Positions 55,189-63,807 of a stretch of 64,000 nt of DNA are shown in pieces. This DNA is from a virus (lineage: Duplodnaviria > Caudoviricetes): positions 24,749-88,748 of IMG/VR virus record IMGVR_UViG_3300042939_001032, one strand, 5' to 3'. Below the pieces are notes generated by a model. The model ran no database searches. It saw only the letters and a program-made list of their open reading frames with translations, and was not told the origin of the DNA. Positions within the stretch are counted from its first letter, which is position 1; the number at the start of each line of letters is the position of its first letter. The position numbers were made by a program, and so were the translations under genes.

Positions 55189-56477
55189 ACAAGATACCCA
55201 AGGCCGGCGTAGACCTCATCAAGAGGTTTGAGGGATGCCACCTGAAAGCGTACCCCGACCCTCTCACGAAGGGCAAACCCTACACCGTGGGGTGGGGATC
55301 GACCACCAGAAAGGATGGTTCGCCATTCAAACTGGGGGAGATCATAACTCAGGCCGAGGCCGACGAGCTTCTGGAGTACCACCTACAGGCCCACCTATCG
55401 CGACTACTTCAACTCCCGCACTCGCAGGAGATGTCCGAGGAGCAGTTGGGTGCCCTGCTCAGTTTCTCCTACAACCTAGGGGCGAACTTCTACGGATCCA
55501 ACGGGTTTGAGACCATCTCGCGAAGACTTCGCAACAAGGAGTGGGATCTAGTACCCTCCGCGTTACTACTCTACTGCAATCCCGGCACCAACGTCGAGAG
55601 CGGACTGAAGCGTCGCAGAGTAGCCGAGGGCGCTCTGTGGTCGTCAGGAGCAATCAAAAAAACCATGGCACAAATACAGATCATCGCGCTCCAGAACACA
55701 CTTCTGAAAAAAGAGCCTATCCAATCCTACCAACTCTCCTACAACCAGAGGAAGGAGGTGCAGAAGGGCAAGGGTTACAACGTACTGGACATCGTCGACG
55801 AGGGTTCCCACTCCAAGGTCACGCTTGACCACGGCGCTGGTGTGTGGTATATCTACAACCCTCACTGGCAGGTATCGCATAGTGGCACCGCTCGGCCCAA
55901 CGAGAGCGCTCCAGGTTCCCGTATCCTGACCGTCAAGTACTTCCCCCAGCGCGACAGCGCTACCACCCACGCTCACCGCATGTGCTTCTCCAGCTCGTGC
56001 GCTATGGCGGCGGACTACGTGAAACCCAACGCCATCCGCGTCTCCGAGCAGGAGGACGATTACTACATGAAGAACTACGTCTTCAGGCACGGTGATTCCA
56101 CCGACTCATCGGCGCAGATCGCCGCTCTCAGGGATCTCGGAATCAAGGCAACTTTCCGCCAGAACCTCAGCGAGAAGGACATCAAGGCGCAGATCGACAA
56201 GAACATTCCGGTACCCGTGGGTATACTCCACCATGGGCATGTGTCCGCGCCGCGTGGCGGAGGGCACTGGGTGTGCATTATCGGCTACGACGACAGCTTC
56301 AGAACGTACATAGTCCACGACCCCTACGGTGAGCTGGATCTGGTGAATGGCGGGTACTACGGCTCGACCAACGGATCAGGGATGAGGTACGGGTACAAAG
56401 ACTTCAATAGGAGGTGGATGGTGGCGGGGAACGGTAACTACGCTCCTGGCAACGGCTGGGGAGTAGTTATAGAGTGA
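55185..56477 (+). CDS. Endolysin: GH24 lysozyme plus C39-like peptidase
   Basis: IKRFEG..YPD..TVGWGST, GLKRRRVAE; QRD..CFSSSCAM, GHW..IIGY, HDPYG. Confidence 0.9.
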   Translation: MNKIPKAGVDLIKRFEGCHLKAYPDPLTKGKPYTVGWGSTTRKDGSPFKLGEIITQAEADELLEYHLQAHLSRLLQLPHSQEMSEEQLGALLSFSYNLGANFYGSNGFETISRRLRNKEWDLVPSALLLYCNPGTNVESGLKRRRVAEGALWSSGAIKKTMAQIQIIALQNTLLKKEPIQSYQLSYNQRKEVQKGKGYNVLDIVDEGSHSKVTLDHGAGVWYIYNPHWQVSHSGTARPNESAPGSRILTVKYFPQRDSATTHAHRMCFSSSCAMAADYVKPNAIRVSEQEDDYYMKNYVFRHGDSTDSSAQIAALRDLGIKATFRQNLSEKDIKAQIDKNIPVPVGILHHGHVSAPRGGGHWVCIIGYDDSFRTYIVHDPYGELDLVNGGYYGSTNGSGMRYGYKDFNRRWMVAGNGNYAPGNGWGVVIE

Positions 56478-56674
56478 GTTCGGACCGAGACCGACTACTC
56501 GTCTCGCTGGAGATGCTCTACTCCGCGAGATGGAATGTACCACGAGCAGCTGACCATTGCGGACTTCCGCACCACGAGATGAGAAAAATCTTCTCGGAGG
56601 AGGTCCGGAGTGGGAGATTACTACCTAAAAGGTGGGAACCCCCGAACTCCATTCAGCTGCGCCTTGGATTATAA
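56474..56674 (+). CDS. Small HTH-like protein
   Basis: WNVPRAADHCGL..EMRKIF. Confidence 0.55.
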   Translation: MSSDRDRLLVSLEMLYSARWNVPRAADHCGLPHHEMRKIFSEEVRSGRLLPKRWEPPNSIQLRLGL

Positions 56675-56736
56675 TATAGATAGGGAGGGCGCCTACTCGG
56701 ACCCTCCTACCTATTACGCTTATTCAAGGTAATCCA

Positions 56737-57198
56737 ATGATCGACATTTTCTTCGCAGCTCCACGATCCTACAAGCGATTCAACTCGGAGGCTTCCATGA
56801 AGCACGAGAGGGATCTACTCGACCTGGCTATGGGCATGGCCTACCCCTCGCAGCAGCAGCAGACATCGTTCCCCAAGCATAACGTGTACCAGATGCTAGA
56901 TGGTAGTCCCTACACCTACTTCATGGAGTTCGCGCTGGCGGGATACGACAAAGACTCCCTGGATGTCACGCTACTGAGCAGCGGTCATCTCCTAGTCTCA
57001 AGTAAGACCAACTCTGAGAGAAAAGAGGAGCGCTCGTACATCCACCGCGGCATGGCAAGGCGGGACTTCTCTACAAAGTTCTACGTTGGCAAGGATGTGG
57101 AAGTGAGAAACGCCACCTTCACCGACGGCCTCCTTACCGTGGAGCTGGAGAAGCTCGTGCCGGAGGAGCAGAAGCCCAGATCCGTCGAGATCCGGTAA
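56737..57198 (+). CDS. hsp20: Small heat-shock protein Hsp20
   Basis: FPKHNV, ALAGY, YIHRGMARRDF, ATFTDGLLTVELEK.VPEEQKP. Confidence 0.93.
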   Translation: MIDIFFAAPRSYKRFNSEASMKHERDLLDLAMGMAYPSQQQQTSFPKHNVYQMLDGSPYTYFMEFALAGYDKDSLDVTLLSSGHLLVSSKTNSERKEERSYIHRGMARRDFSTKFYVGKDVEVRNATFTDGLLTVELEKLVPEEQKPRSVEIR

Positions 57199-57254
57199 CT
57201 CCGTACCACGAGGTGGTCTTGTTCCGAGGGGCGCAAGCCCCGAGGCCACCCTAG

Positions 57255-57301
57255 GAACTGTCACACGGGGGCCCCACAAGGCCCCCTGTCTCTGGTATGA
57301 T
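57255..57301 (+). promoter_or_regulatory. Early promoter with upstream AACTGTCACA box
   Basis: GAACTGTCACAC, a GGGGGCC/GGCCCCC inverted repeat, then TGGTATGAT. Confidence 0.55.
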
Positions 57302-57338
57302 ATTCGGAGAATATCCGATCATCAGGTCCCCAGCGAAC

Positions 57339-58334
57339 ATGGCAACGATCTCCGAAGTATACTCCTCCCTCTCGAAGGTTATCTCGAAGGGTGTCAAGCA
57401 CTCCACCTTCCTGTGGGGCGCTCCGGGTATCGGCAAGTCCTCCATCGTGAGTAAGGTGGCCAAGGACCACGACCTCGAGCTCATCGACCTTCGCATCTCC
57501 CAACTCGCCCCCACGGACATCCGTGGTCTCCCCTACGTTGAGGATGGTCTGGCAAAGTTCGCCCCTCCCTCCTTCCTGCCCCGCGAGGGCAAGGGCATCC
57601 TCTTCGTCGACGAGTTCAACATGGCCTCCCCGGTGATGATGGGCATTGCTCAGCAACTCATCCTCGATCGCCAGATCGGTGATTACAAGGTCCCCGATGA
57701 GTGGTTTATTGTGGCGGCGGGGAACCGTACCGAGGACCGCGCGGCTGTGTCTCAGATGCCGGCCCCCGTGGCCAACCGTTTCATCCACTTCAATGTGGAA
57801 GTGGACATCTCCTCGTGGAAGGAGTACGCCATTAAGAGCGGGGTTAACGAGCAGATCATCTCCTTCATCAACTTCAGGCCCGAGTTGCTGTTCAACTTCA
57901 ACAAGAATGCCACGGCATGGCCCTCCCCTCGCAGTTGGGAGTTCGCGGACTCCCTGCTCGATATCGGCATCAGCATCGACTCCGCGGTTGGTGAGGGCAC
58001 AGCCGCCGAGTTCTACGCCTACCAGAGCATCTACTCGCGCCTTCCGGACGTCGACGCCATCCTCGCGGGTGGGAGTGTGGAGGTTCCTAAGGAACCCTCG
58101 CTGATGTACGCCGTCTGCGGTTCTCTGGTTTCCCGAGCCAAGTCCGCCCAGGCGTTCTTCAACGCTGCTAAGTGGCTGATCGGTGGCACCACGGAGGATT
58201 ACGTCGGCCTGTTCATGGGAGACGCTATGATCTCGATTAAGGCGAACAACCTCCAGGGCGCTTTCGTCAAGCTCGTGGCTAAGGATCCTCAGATCAAAGC
58301 CTTCATCACCAAGTACCAGGAGCTGCTGAAGTGA
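57339..58334 (+). CDS. MoxR-like AAA+ ATPase
   Basis: WGAPGIGKS, DIRGLP, LFVDEFN, AAGNR, NRFIH, SPRSW. Confidence 0.92.
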   Translation: MATISEVYSSLSKVISKGVKHSTFLWGAPGIGKSSIVSKVAKDHDLELIDLRISQLAPTDIRGLPYVEDGLAKFAPPSFLPREGKGILFVDEFNMASPVMMGIAQQLILDRQIGDYKVPDEWFIVAAGNRTEDRAAVSQMPAPVANRFIHFNVEVDISSWKEYAIKSGVNEQIISFINFRPELLFNFNKNATAWPSPRSWEFADSLLDIGISIDSAVGEGTAAEFYAYQSIYSRLPDVDAILAGGSVEVPKEPSLMYAVCGSLVSRAKSAQAFFNAAKWLIGGTTEDYVGLFMGDAMISIKANNLQGAFVKLVAKDPQIKAFITKYQELLK

Positions 58335-58636
58335 CGAGGGAGGAGTATCTACAACTGGAGCTCACACGCGCGGAAGTCGCGGAGCTCCACAACTTCCTCG
58401 CAGAGTTGCTGCCTCAGGTCATCAACTCCGGCCAGGACGTGCCCAACGAACTCGTCCTCGCCGTACGCAAGGTATCCGAAGTTTACGAGGATAACTGCAT
58501 TGTGTACGGTCTCACTCCCGAGTGTAAGGCTTACATCGATAAGTACGGCGAGACGCCCGCAGGCAACCCGAAGCGATGGGACGCGTTTTGTAAGAACTAC
58601 GATGCCCTTGTTGAGTTGGAGTTTCTGACACCGTGA
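58331..58636 (+). CDS. Hypothetical protein
   Basis: GTGA overlap with the ATPase. Confidence 0.6.
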   Translation: MTREEYLQLELTRAEVAELHNFLAELLPQVINSGQDVPNELVLAVRKVSEVYEDNCIVYGLTPECKAYIDKYGETPAGNPKRWDAFCKNYDALVELEFLTP

Positions 58637-58773
58637 GTTCTTTTCAGTTATCGGTGATTGTTATGAATGTCTGGCTGGCTATGCATACTAGGCACGATTC
58701 TCGCCAAACCGGGATTATGTGCTTGGCGTGGATGCTTTGCACAGCGTTTCTACTTGTAGTCCAATTCCACTAG
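58633..58773 (+). CDS. Small hydrophobic protein (46 aa), not in ORF track
   Basis: GTGA overlap; two hydrophobic segments. Confidence 0.45.
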   Translation: MSSFQLSVIVMNVWLAMHTRHDSRQTGIMCLAWMLCTAFLLVVQFH

Positions 58774-58780
58774 AGTAACA

Positions 58781-58996
58781 GTGAGCAAACTAACTGCTGC
58801 TGACCTAATGGTCATTGCAGATACCCTCAATCACAGCCTGCAATTCAAAAACTGGGGTCTAAACGGTGGCGGGTTTACCACGGAGACTCGAAAACAGACC
58901 ATGGAAGCTGTTATTGACATTATGGCGGATATGAGTTTGGAGGTTGTCTATGGTGCAGTAGAACCTGTTGTAATTGATGGTGACATCGGAGGATGA
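58781..58996 (+). CDS. Hypothetical protein
   Basis: Member of a tightly packed small-ORF run. Confidence 0.6.
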   Translation: MSKLTAADLMVIADTLNHSLQFKNWGLNGGGFTTETRKQTMEAVIDIMADMSLEVVYGAVEPVVIDGDIGG

Positions 58997-58997
58997 G

Positions 58998-59186
58998 ATG
59001 GCAAGAACAGTAAAATTCGTTCGGGTCAAAAGGACCATAGACCCTAAAACCAGAATCCACTACCTCGATGCGATTGACGAGAACGGAGTGCACTGGATGG
59101 CGCAGATGGATCATAAAACAGAACCGCATCTATGCTTCATAAGGGTATGGTATCAAGACCCGCAGCAACCTAAAATCTATGACTGA
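58998..59186 (+). CDS. Hypothetical protein
   Basis: GGAGG SD before ATG 58998; RTIDPKTRIHYLDAIDENGVHW. Confidence 0.65.
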   Translation: MARTVKFVRVKRTIDPKTRIHYLDAIDENGVHWMAQMDHKTEPHLCFIRVWYQDPQQPKIYD

Positions 59187-59355
59187 ACCAACAGACGCTG
59201 AGATCCTAGAATTCTTGCTCAACCAATTCCAGATGCACTCTCCTCAAATGAACGGACAGCACTCCTGGAGGTTTATGAGTAGTGGGTGGCCCATGCTTCA
59301 TGCCAAAGGCAGAAGCGCGAGGGACGCAGTAATTGCCTGCATGAGGGCAAAATGA
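59179..59355 (+). CDS. Hypothetical protein (58 aa), not in ORF track
   Basis: MTEPTDAEILEFLLNQF...; overlaps neighbours at both ends. Confidence 0.6.
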   Translation: MTEPTDAEILEFLLNQFQMHSPQMNGQHSWRFMSSGWPMLHAKGRSARDAVIACMRAK

Positions 59356-59576
59356 CAGCACCCCGCCACCCTACCAATGACTGGGAGTGGAGCAACACCG
59401 CCGAGGAAGAATTCGCCGAGTGGTTCCACGAACTCTTCAACTTCTCCTTCCGCAGTGAGTGGTTTTACACGGACTGCGAAACCAAAGACGAGAAAACACT
59501 CAAGGAGGCTATGTACAAATGGATCCATGCAGCGTACGTTGCGGGTTACGAAGCAGGACTGACGATCAATGACTGA
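59352..59576 (+). CDS. Hypothetical protein
   Basis: ATGA overlap; EEFAEWF..RSEWFY.DC..WIHAAY.AGY. Confidence 0.65.
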   Translation: MTAPRHPTNDWEWSNTAEEEFAEWFHELFNFSFRSEWFYTDCETKDEKTLKEAMYKWIHAAYVAGYEAGLTIND

Positions 59577-59643
59577 TATTCGCTTATTTGTGCAGGAAGG
59601 CTGCAGGCCTTGCATGTACATGGTGCGCAAGTACGGCTCGTAG
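59569..59643 (+). pseudogene. Truncated glutaredoxin/thioredoxin remnant (24 aa)
   Basis: MTDIRLFVQEGCRPCMY followed by an early stop. Confidence 0.55.
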
Positions 59644-59727
59644 CCACTTCACAAACCGGCCACAGAACGCCCCCCGAGGGCGTTTTTCAGTGTAGAATAG
59701 TGGTATACGCTCATCCCTCCCTCCCCC

Positions 59728-60897
59728 ATGGCCATAAAGGATCGCCTCGTAAAGTCCAGAGTCAAGCTCCTTCGCGAAGCGCCGTTCTTTGGCACCCTTC
59801 TCCTCAACTCCAGCTATCGTATCACGGACGAAGTCCCTACCGCCGCCACCGACGGGAACGTCCTCCTGCTCAACGAGGAGTTCATGGAGTCCCAGACCCA
59901 GGAGCACTTTCAGTCCATCCTGCTCCACGAGGTGCTGCACATGGCCCTGGAGCACATCGAGAGGATGAAAGATGTCTTCAAGTCCGACCCGATGACAGCC
60001 AATATCGCCGCGGACATCGTCGTCAATGGTATCATCAAGGACAATCGCATGTCCCTGCCCGAGAAGGCGATCTGCGATAACGACTTGAAGCACCTGAGCG
60101 TTCGCGAGATCTACAACATCCTTCGCCAGAAGCAACAGAAGGATCCAGACTACATGAAGAAGAAGTACGGCGTAGATAGCGACGACGTTAACTACTGCCT
60201 GAGCCCGGGAGGTGGTAAGCCGGGCGAGGACGGAGAAGGCGCGGAGGATGGTAAGGGTCCCGCTGTGAATTGGAAGGATGTTCTCAACAAAGCCTCCACT
60301 ATCGCCCGCTCCAAGTCCTTCGGGCTTCACGGCGCCGGGCTGAAGCGCGTGCTGAACGAGCTTCTCGAGCCTACCATCAACTGGAGGGACGCTCTGTACA
60401 AGTACATCACGAACTCCAGCACCGACTTCGAGGGTTTCGATCGCCGCTTCATAAGCAACGGAGCGTATCTTGACGATTTCGGCGGAGGTAAGATCCGCGT
60501 GGCGGTGTTCATGGACACCTCGGGTAGCGTGGACGAGGTCCTTCTCTCCGAGTTCGTCTCCGAGTTACGCTTCGCCATCAACTCACTGCCTCAGATCTGC
60601 GGGGAGATGTGGTACTTTGACACCTCCCTCTACTATGAGGGGGACATCCTCGACATCGACGGGCCACTCCAGCTCCGTGGTGGTGGTGGTACAAGCTTCG
60701 AGCCCGTAATGAGCAAGATCCAGGCACTCCACGAGGAGGATTCCACGGTGAGGACCCTGGGCCTGATCTTCACGGACGGTTACGCCTCCATGACAGGATT
60801 CAGTATCCCGGAGGCCCCGGTGATGTGGTGCATTAGCCCGGGCGGAGTGCCCGACGAGAGCCTCACTTTTGGCGAGGTGGTTAGGATCGTTAGGTGA
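59728..60897 (+). CDS. Metallopeptidase-VWA protein (DUF2201-like), MoxR partner
   Basis: TAATDG, HEVLH, NIAAD, DTSGS MIDAS, GGGGTSF, FTDGY. Confidence 0.9.
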   Translation: MAIKDRLVKSRVKLLREAPFFGTLLLNSSYRITDEVPTAATDGNVLLLNEEFMESQTQEHFQSILLHEVLHMALEHIERMKDVFKSDPMTANIAADIVVNGIIKDNRMSLPEKAICDNDLKHLSVREIYNILRQKQQKDPDYMKKKYGVDSDDVNYCLSPGGGKPGEDGEGAEDGKGPAVNWKDVLNKASTIARSKSFGLHGAGLKRVLNELLEPTINWRDALYKYITNSSTDFEGFDRRFISNGAYLDDFGGGKIRVAVFMDTSGSVDEVLLSEFVSELRFAINSLPQICGEMWYFDTSLYYEGDILDIDGPLQLRGGGGTSFEPVMSKIQALHEEDSTVRTLGLIFTDGYASMTGFSIPEAPVMWCISPGGVPDESLTFGEVVRIVR

Positions 60898-60929
60898 TCG
60901 TTTAAGGTACTACTATAGTAGTACTAAGC

Positions 60930-61142
60930 ATGGCAGATCCGGGATTTGAGAATGGCTGGGAGGTTCCTGGTCATAACTACCAGGAGCATAGTGGTGCCAC
61001 TGCTTCCCACGGTCCGACTCAGGTAATCTACAAGAAGGGCGGTAGCAGTGGCAAGGTGGTGGCCACGGAGACAATCACCTACGACGTTAGTAATAACATC
61101 GCCACCAGGTCAATAGCCTGGGAACCCGACATCTACGGATGA
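60930..61142 (+). CDS. Small late protein
   Basis: GTTTAAGG at 60900-60907; YKKGGSSGKVVAT.TITYD. Confidence 0.65.
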   Translation: MADPGFENGWEVPGHNYQEHSGATASHGPTQVIYKKGGSSGKVVATETITYDVSNNIATRSIAWEPDIYG

Positions 61143-61152
61143 GGGTTAAACC

Positions 61153-62553
61153 ATGCCATTCTACAGTAATCCTCGCGAGACCCACCCCATCGACGAGGCT
61201 ATCAGCGTAGCCAACAACAAGATGTTCTACGTGCATCAGCTCGCTGATACGCGTGGGGTGATCGTCGATCCGTACTCGATGTCCAGCTCGTCGTCGTCGT
61301 CGAGCGCCGGGTTTATAGACGCGTTTGGCAGGCAGAGAGTCTCCTCTCCGTTCACCATAGGAGACTACAAGCATCTCTACGCCATCGATCCTAACTTTCT
61401 GGATAAGCTGGAGAATGGTGGCTCGGTAACATTCGCCCCGAATAAAGCCGCGGCTACGCTAGCAACAACCAGCAACCCGGCGTCCAGAGCCGTCCACCAG
61501 ACAAAACTGTATCACCAGTACCAGCCTGGAAAGTCGCAGTTAATCTTCTCGTCGGTACTTTTCAAAGCGGCCGTTGTTAATGTAACCAAGCGCACCGGGT
61601 ACTTTGACGATAGAAACGGTATCTACTTCGAGCAGACCGGCGATGGCACGCTCAACTGGGTGATTAGGAACTACGTCACTGGTGCCCCAGTGGAGACCGG
61701 GAACAGGATCGCTCAGACAAACTGGAACGTGGATCCGTGCGATGGTACCGGCCCCAGCGGTTTCGACCTGGACATTACCAAGACCCAGCTCATCTTCGTC
61801 GACTTTCAGTGGTTGGGGGTCGGTAGGGTGAGGTGCGGATTCGTCCACAACGGGGCCATGATTATCGCCCACGAGTACTTCCACTCCAACGAGATCGACA
61901 CGGTGTACCTATCGTCCCCGAATCTACCGGTGCGGTGCGAGATCCTGAATACTGGCGCGACGGCGGGTGGATCGTTCGACCAGATCTGCTCCACGGTACA
62001 GAGCGAGGGAGGCTATCTGGAGACGGGTATTGACTGGGAGGTATCGAACTCCGCGATGAGATCCACTCCAACGCCCGGTGGTACCGCGCTTCCCGTCATC
62101 GCGATAAGACTCCGGAATACTTTCGGGGGGACAGAGAATCGCATCAGCGCGATCCTCTCTAACGTGGGACTTTACGTCGAGAGTAAGTCCGTCAAATACG
62201 AGATAGTCAAGTTACCTAGCGCCTCGAGCCTCTCCACAACCGCGCCCGGTGGCCTGGTGTGGACGGACGTGGATAGTCTAAGTAGTGGCATTCAGTACTG
62301 CACCAACGCCACGGGGTACGTGGCGGGTGACGCGGACCCGATGTTCGGTGGGTTCTCCTCCGCGGGTTCGTCGCAGAACTCCAGATCGGAGGTGGGGACG
62401 GGCGGACTGACAGGGTCCAGGAAGAACTTCATATCGCAGAATTACGACTCCAGTAGTTCGGAGGTATACGCTGTTATAGTGAGAACTATAAACACGGGGG
62501 TTAACGACTCCGCGACAGCGACCTGCTCGTTACAGTGGAGAGAGGTGTACTGA
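61153..62553 (+). CDS. Probable virion protein (beta-sandwich)
   Basis: DAFGRQRVS, YQPGKSQ, DFQWLGVGRVR, PNLPVR, WREVY. Confidence 0.65.
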   Translation: MPFYSNPRETHPIDEAISVANNKMFYVHQLADTRGVIVDPYSMSSSSSSSSAGFIDAFGRQRVSSPFTIGDYKHLYAIDPNFLDKLENGGSVTFAPNKAAATLATTSNPASRAVHQTKLYHQYQPGKSQLIFSSVLFKAAVVNVTKRTGYFDDRNGIYFEQTGDGTLNWVIRNYVTGAPVETGNRIAQTNWNVDPCDGTGPSGFDLDITKTQLIFVDFQWLGVGRVRCGFVHNGAMIIAHEYFHSNEIDTVYLSSPNLPVRCEILNTGATAGGSFDQICSTVQSEGGYLETGIDWEVSNSAMRSTPTPGGTALPVIAIRLRNTFGGTENRISAILSNVGLYVESKSVKYEIVKLPSASSLSTTAPGGLVWTDVDSLSSGIQYCTNATGYVAGDADPMFGGFSSAGSSQNSRSEVGTGGLTGSRKNFISQNYDSSSSEVYAVIVRTINTGVNDSATATCSLQWREVY

Positions 62554-62618
62554 CACCCTGTACATGACGCCCAGTCCGTGATAGAATCGAGGGGTATAGC
62601 AATCCCTCTTTCCCTACC

Positions 62619-63272
62619 ATGACCCAAGCCGTCAAGCTGATGTGGGTGACTCCAGAGGTCGAGCACCTCATCACGGACATGGCGCGTGTGTCCGCACCTA
62701 AGAACCAGGGGAACTACGAAACGGCCCCGCGACTCATCAAGTACCTGATCAAGCACAAGCACTGGAGCCCGTTTGAGATGGGCTCGATGTGCGTCGAGAT
62801 CAACACCACCCGCGACATCGCCGCTCAGATCATCAGGCACAAATCATTCAGCTTCCAGGAGTTCTCCCAGCGTTACGCTGACGTAAAGGACCTGGGTGAG
62901 ATCCCAATGCCCGAGCTTCGCCGCCAGGACTCGAAGAACCGTCAGAACTCCATCGCGGATCTTGACCCCGAGCTGGTAAAGGCTTTCGAGCGACGGATTA
63001 TGATGCTCTTCGCCGAATCCCAGGAACTCTACGACGACATGCTCGAGGCTGGCATCGCGAAGGAGAGCGCTCGCAAAGTCCTCCCCATGAACTCCCCCAG
63101 CAGGATCTATATGGTGGGCACGATTCGCTCGTGGATACACTACATCGACCTGCGCAGCGCCAACGGGACTCAGAAGGAGCATCGGGATATCGCCCTGGCC
63201 CTCTCCACCATCTTTGCAAAGCAGTTCCCCTCCATCCACCAGGCCCTTGAGGAGCTCGGAGAGGAGCCTTAG
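62619..63272 (+). CDS. thyX: FAD-dependent thymidylate synthase
   Basis: ARVS, HWSPFE, QIIRHKSFSFQEFSQRY, ESARKVLP, TQKEH; TGATAGAAT promoter. Confidence 0.95.
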   Translation: MTQAVKLMWVTPEVEHLITDMARVSAPKNQGNYETAPRLIKYLIKHKHWSPFEMGSMCVEINTTRDIAAQIIRHKSFSFQEFSQRYADVKDLGEIPMPELRRQDSKNRQNSIADLDPELVKAFERRIMMLFAESQELYDDMLEAGIAKESARKVLPMNSPSRIYMVGTIRSWIHYIDLRSANGTQKEHRDIALALSTIFAKQFPSIHQALEELGEEP

Positions 63273-63294
63273 GAGGTCCCTACCTCCACATACG

Positions 63295-63320
63295 AAAAAG
63301 CCCCCGAGGAGCCTCGGGGA
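63295..63320 (-). terminator. Intrinsic terminator between convergent genes
   Basis: Minus strand CCCCGAGG-CT-CCTCGGGG-GCTTTTT. Confidence 0.65.
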
Positions 63321-63354
63321 CGGGGGTTGTGGGCGAAGATCCTAGGCTTTCTGG

Positions 63355-63807
63355 TCAGCCTACGTAGAGCTTCTTGAGCAGGAGCAGAGTCTCGGGAGCG
63401 TTGATCGACTTGGAGTCGACGGCGCTTCTGATCTGCTCGGCCACGGCGAGTTCTTTCTCCCCGATGAGCCCTCTGGCGATCTTGTCCGATCCGATCTGCG
63501 GTACCCATCTCTGTGAGATGAGTTTTACGATGCGGTTGATCTCGTCGACCGAGAGTTTTCCGTCGTAGGCGACTTCCACGGCTAGGGAGACGGCGGTGTC
63601 GATGTCGCTATCTTTCCAGCCCTGCAGGCTTCCCTCAAGGATTGGGTCGATGATGTTATAGACGGTCTTGACAGACGGTCCTAGTTTGGATAGCAGCAGT
63701 TTTGCTGCGAGTTTATCCCAGCCCGCGAGGATGGCACCAGCAGCAGCACCGCTGGCCGCGCTGAGGATCGCAGGTAGGACCTGTGTTGAGAACCAAGTGG
63801 TGAGCAT
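63355..63807 (-). CDS. Hypothetical protein with N-terminal hydrophobic segment; probable paralogue of 35285..35851
   Basis: GTTTAAAG at 63829-63836 upstream; shared core pattern. Confidence 0.65.
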   Translation of the reverse strand: MLTTWFSTQVLPAILSAASGAAAGAILAGWDKLAAKLLLSKLGPSVKTVYNIIDPILEGSLQGWKDSDIDTAVSLAVEVAYDGKLSVDEINRIVKLISQRWVPQIGSDKIARGLIGEKELAVAEQIRSAVDSKSINAPETLLLLKKLYVG

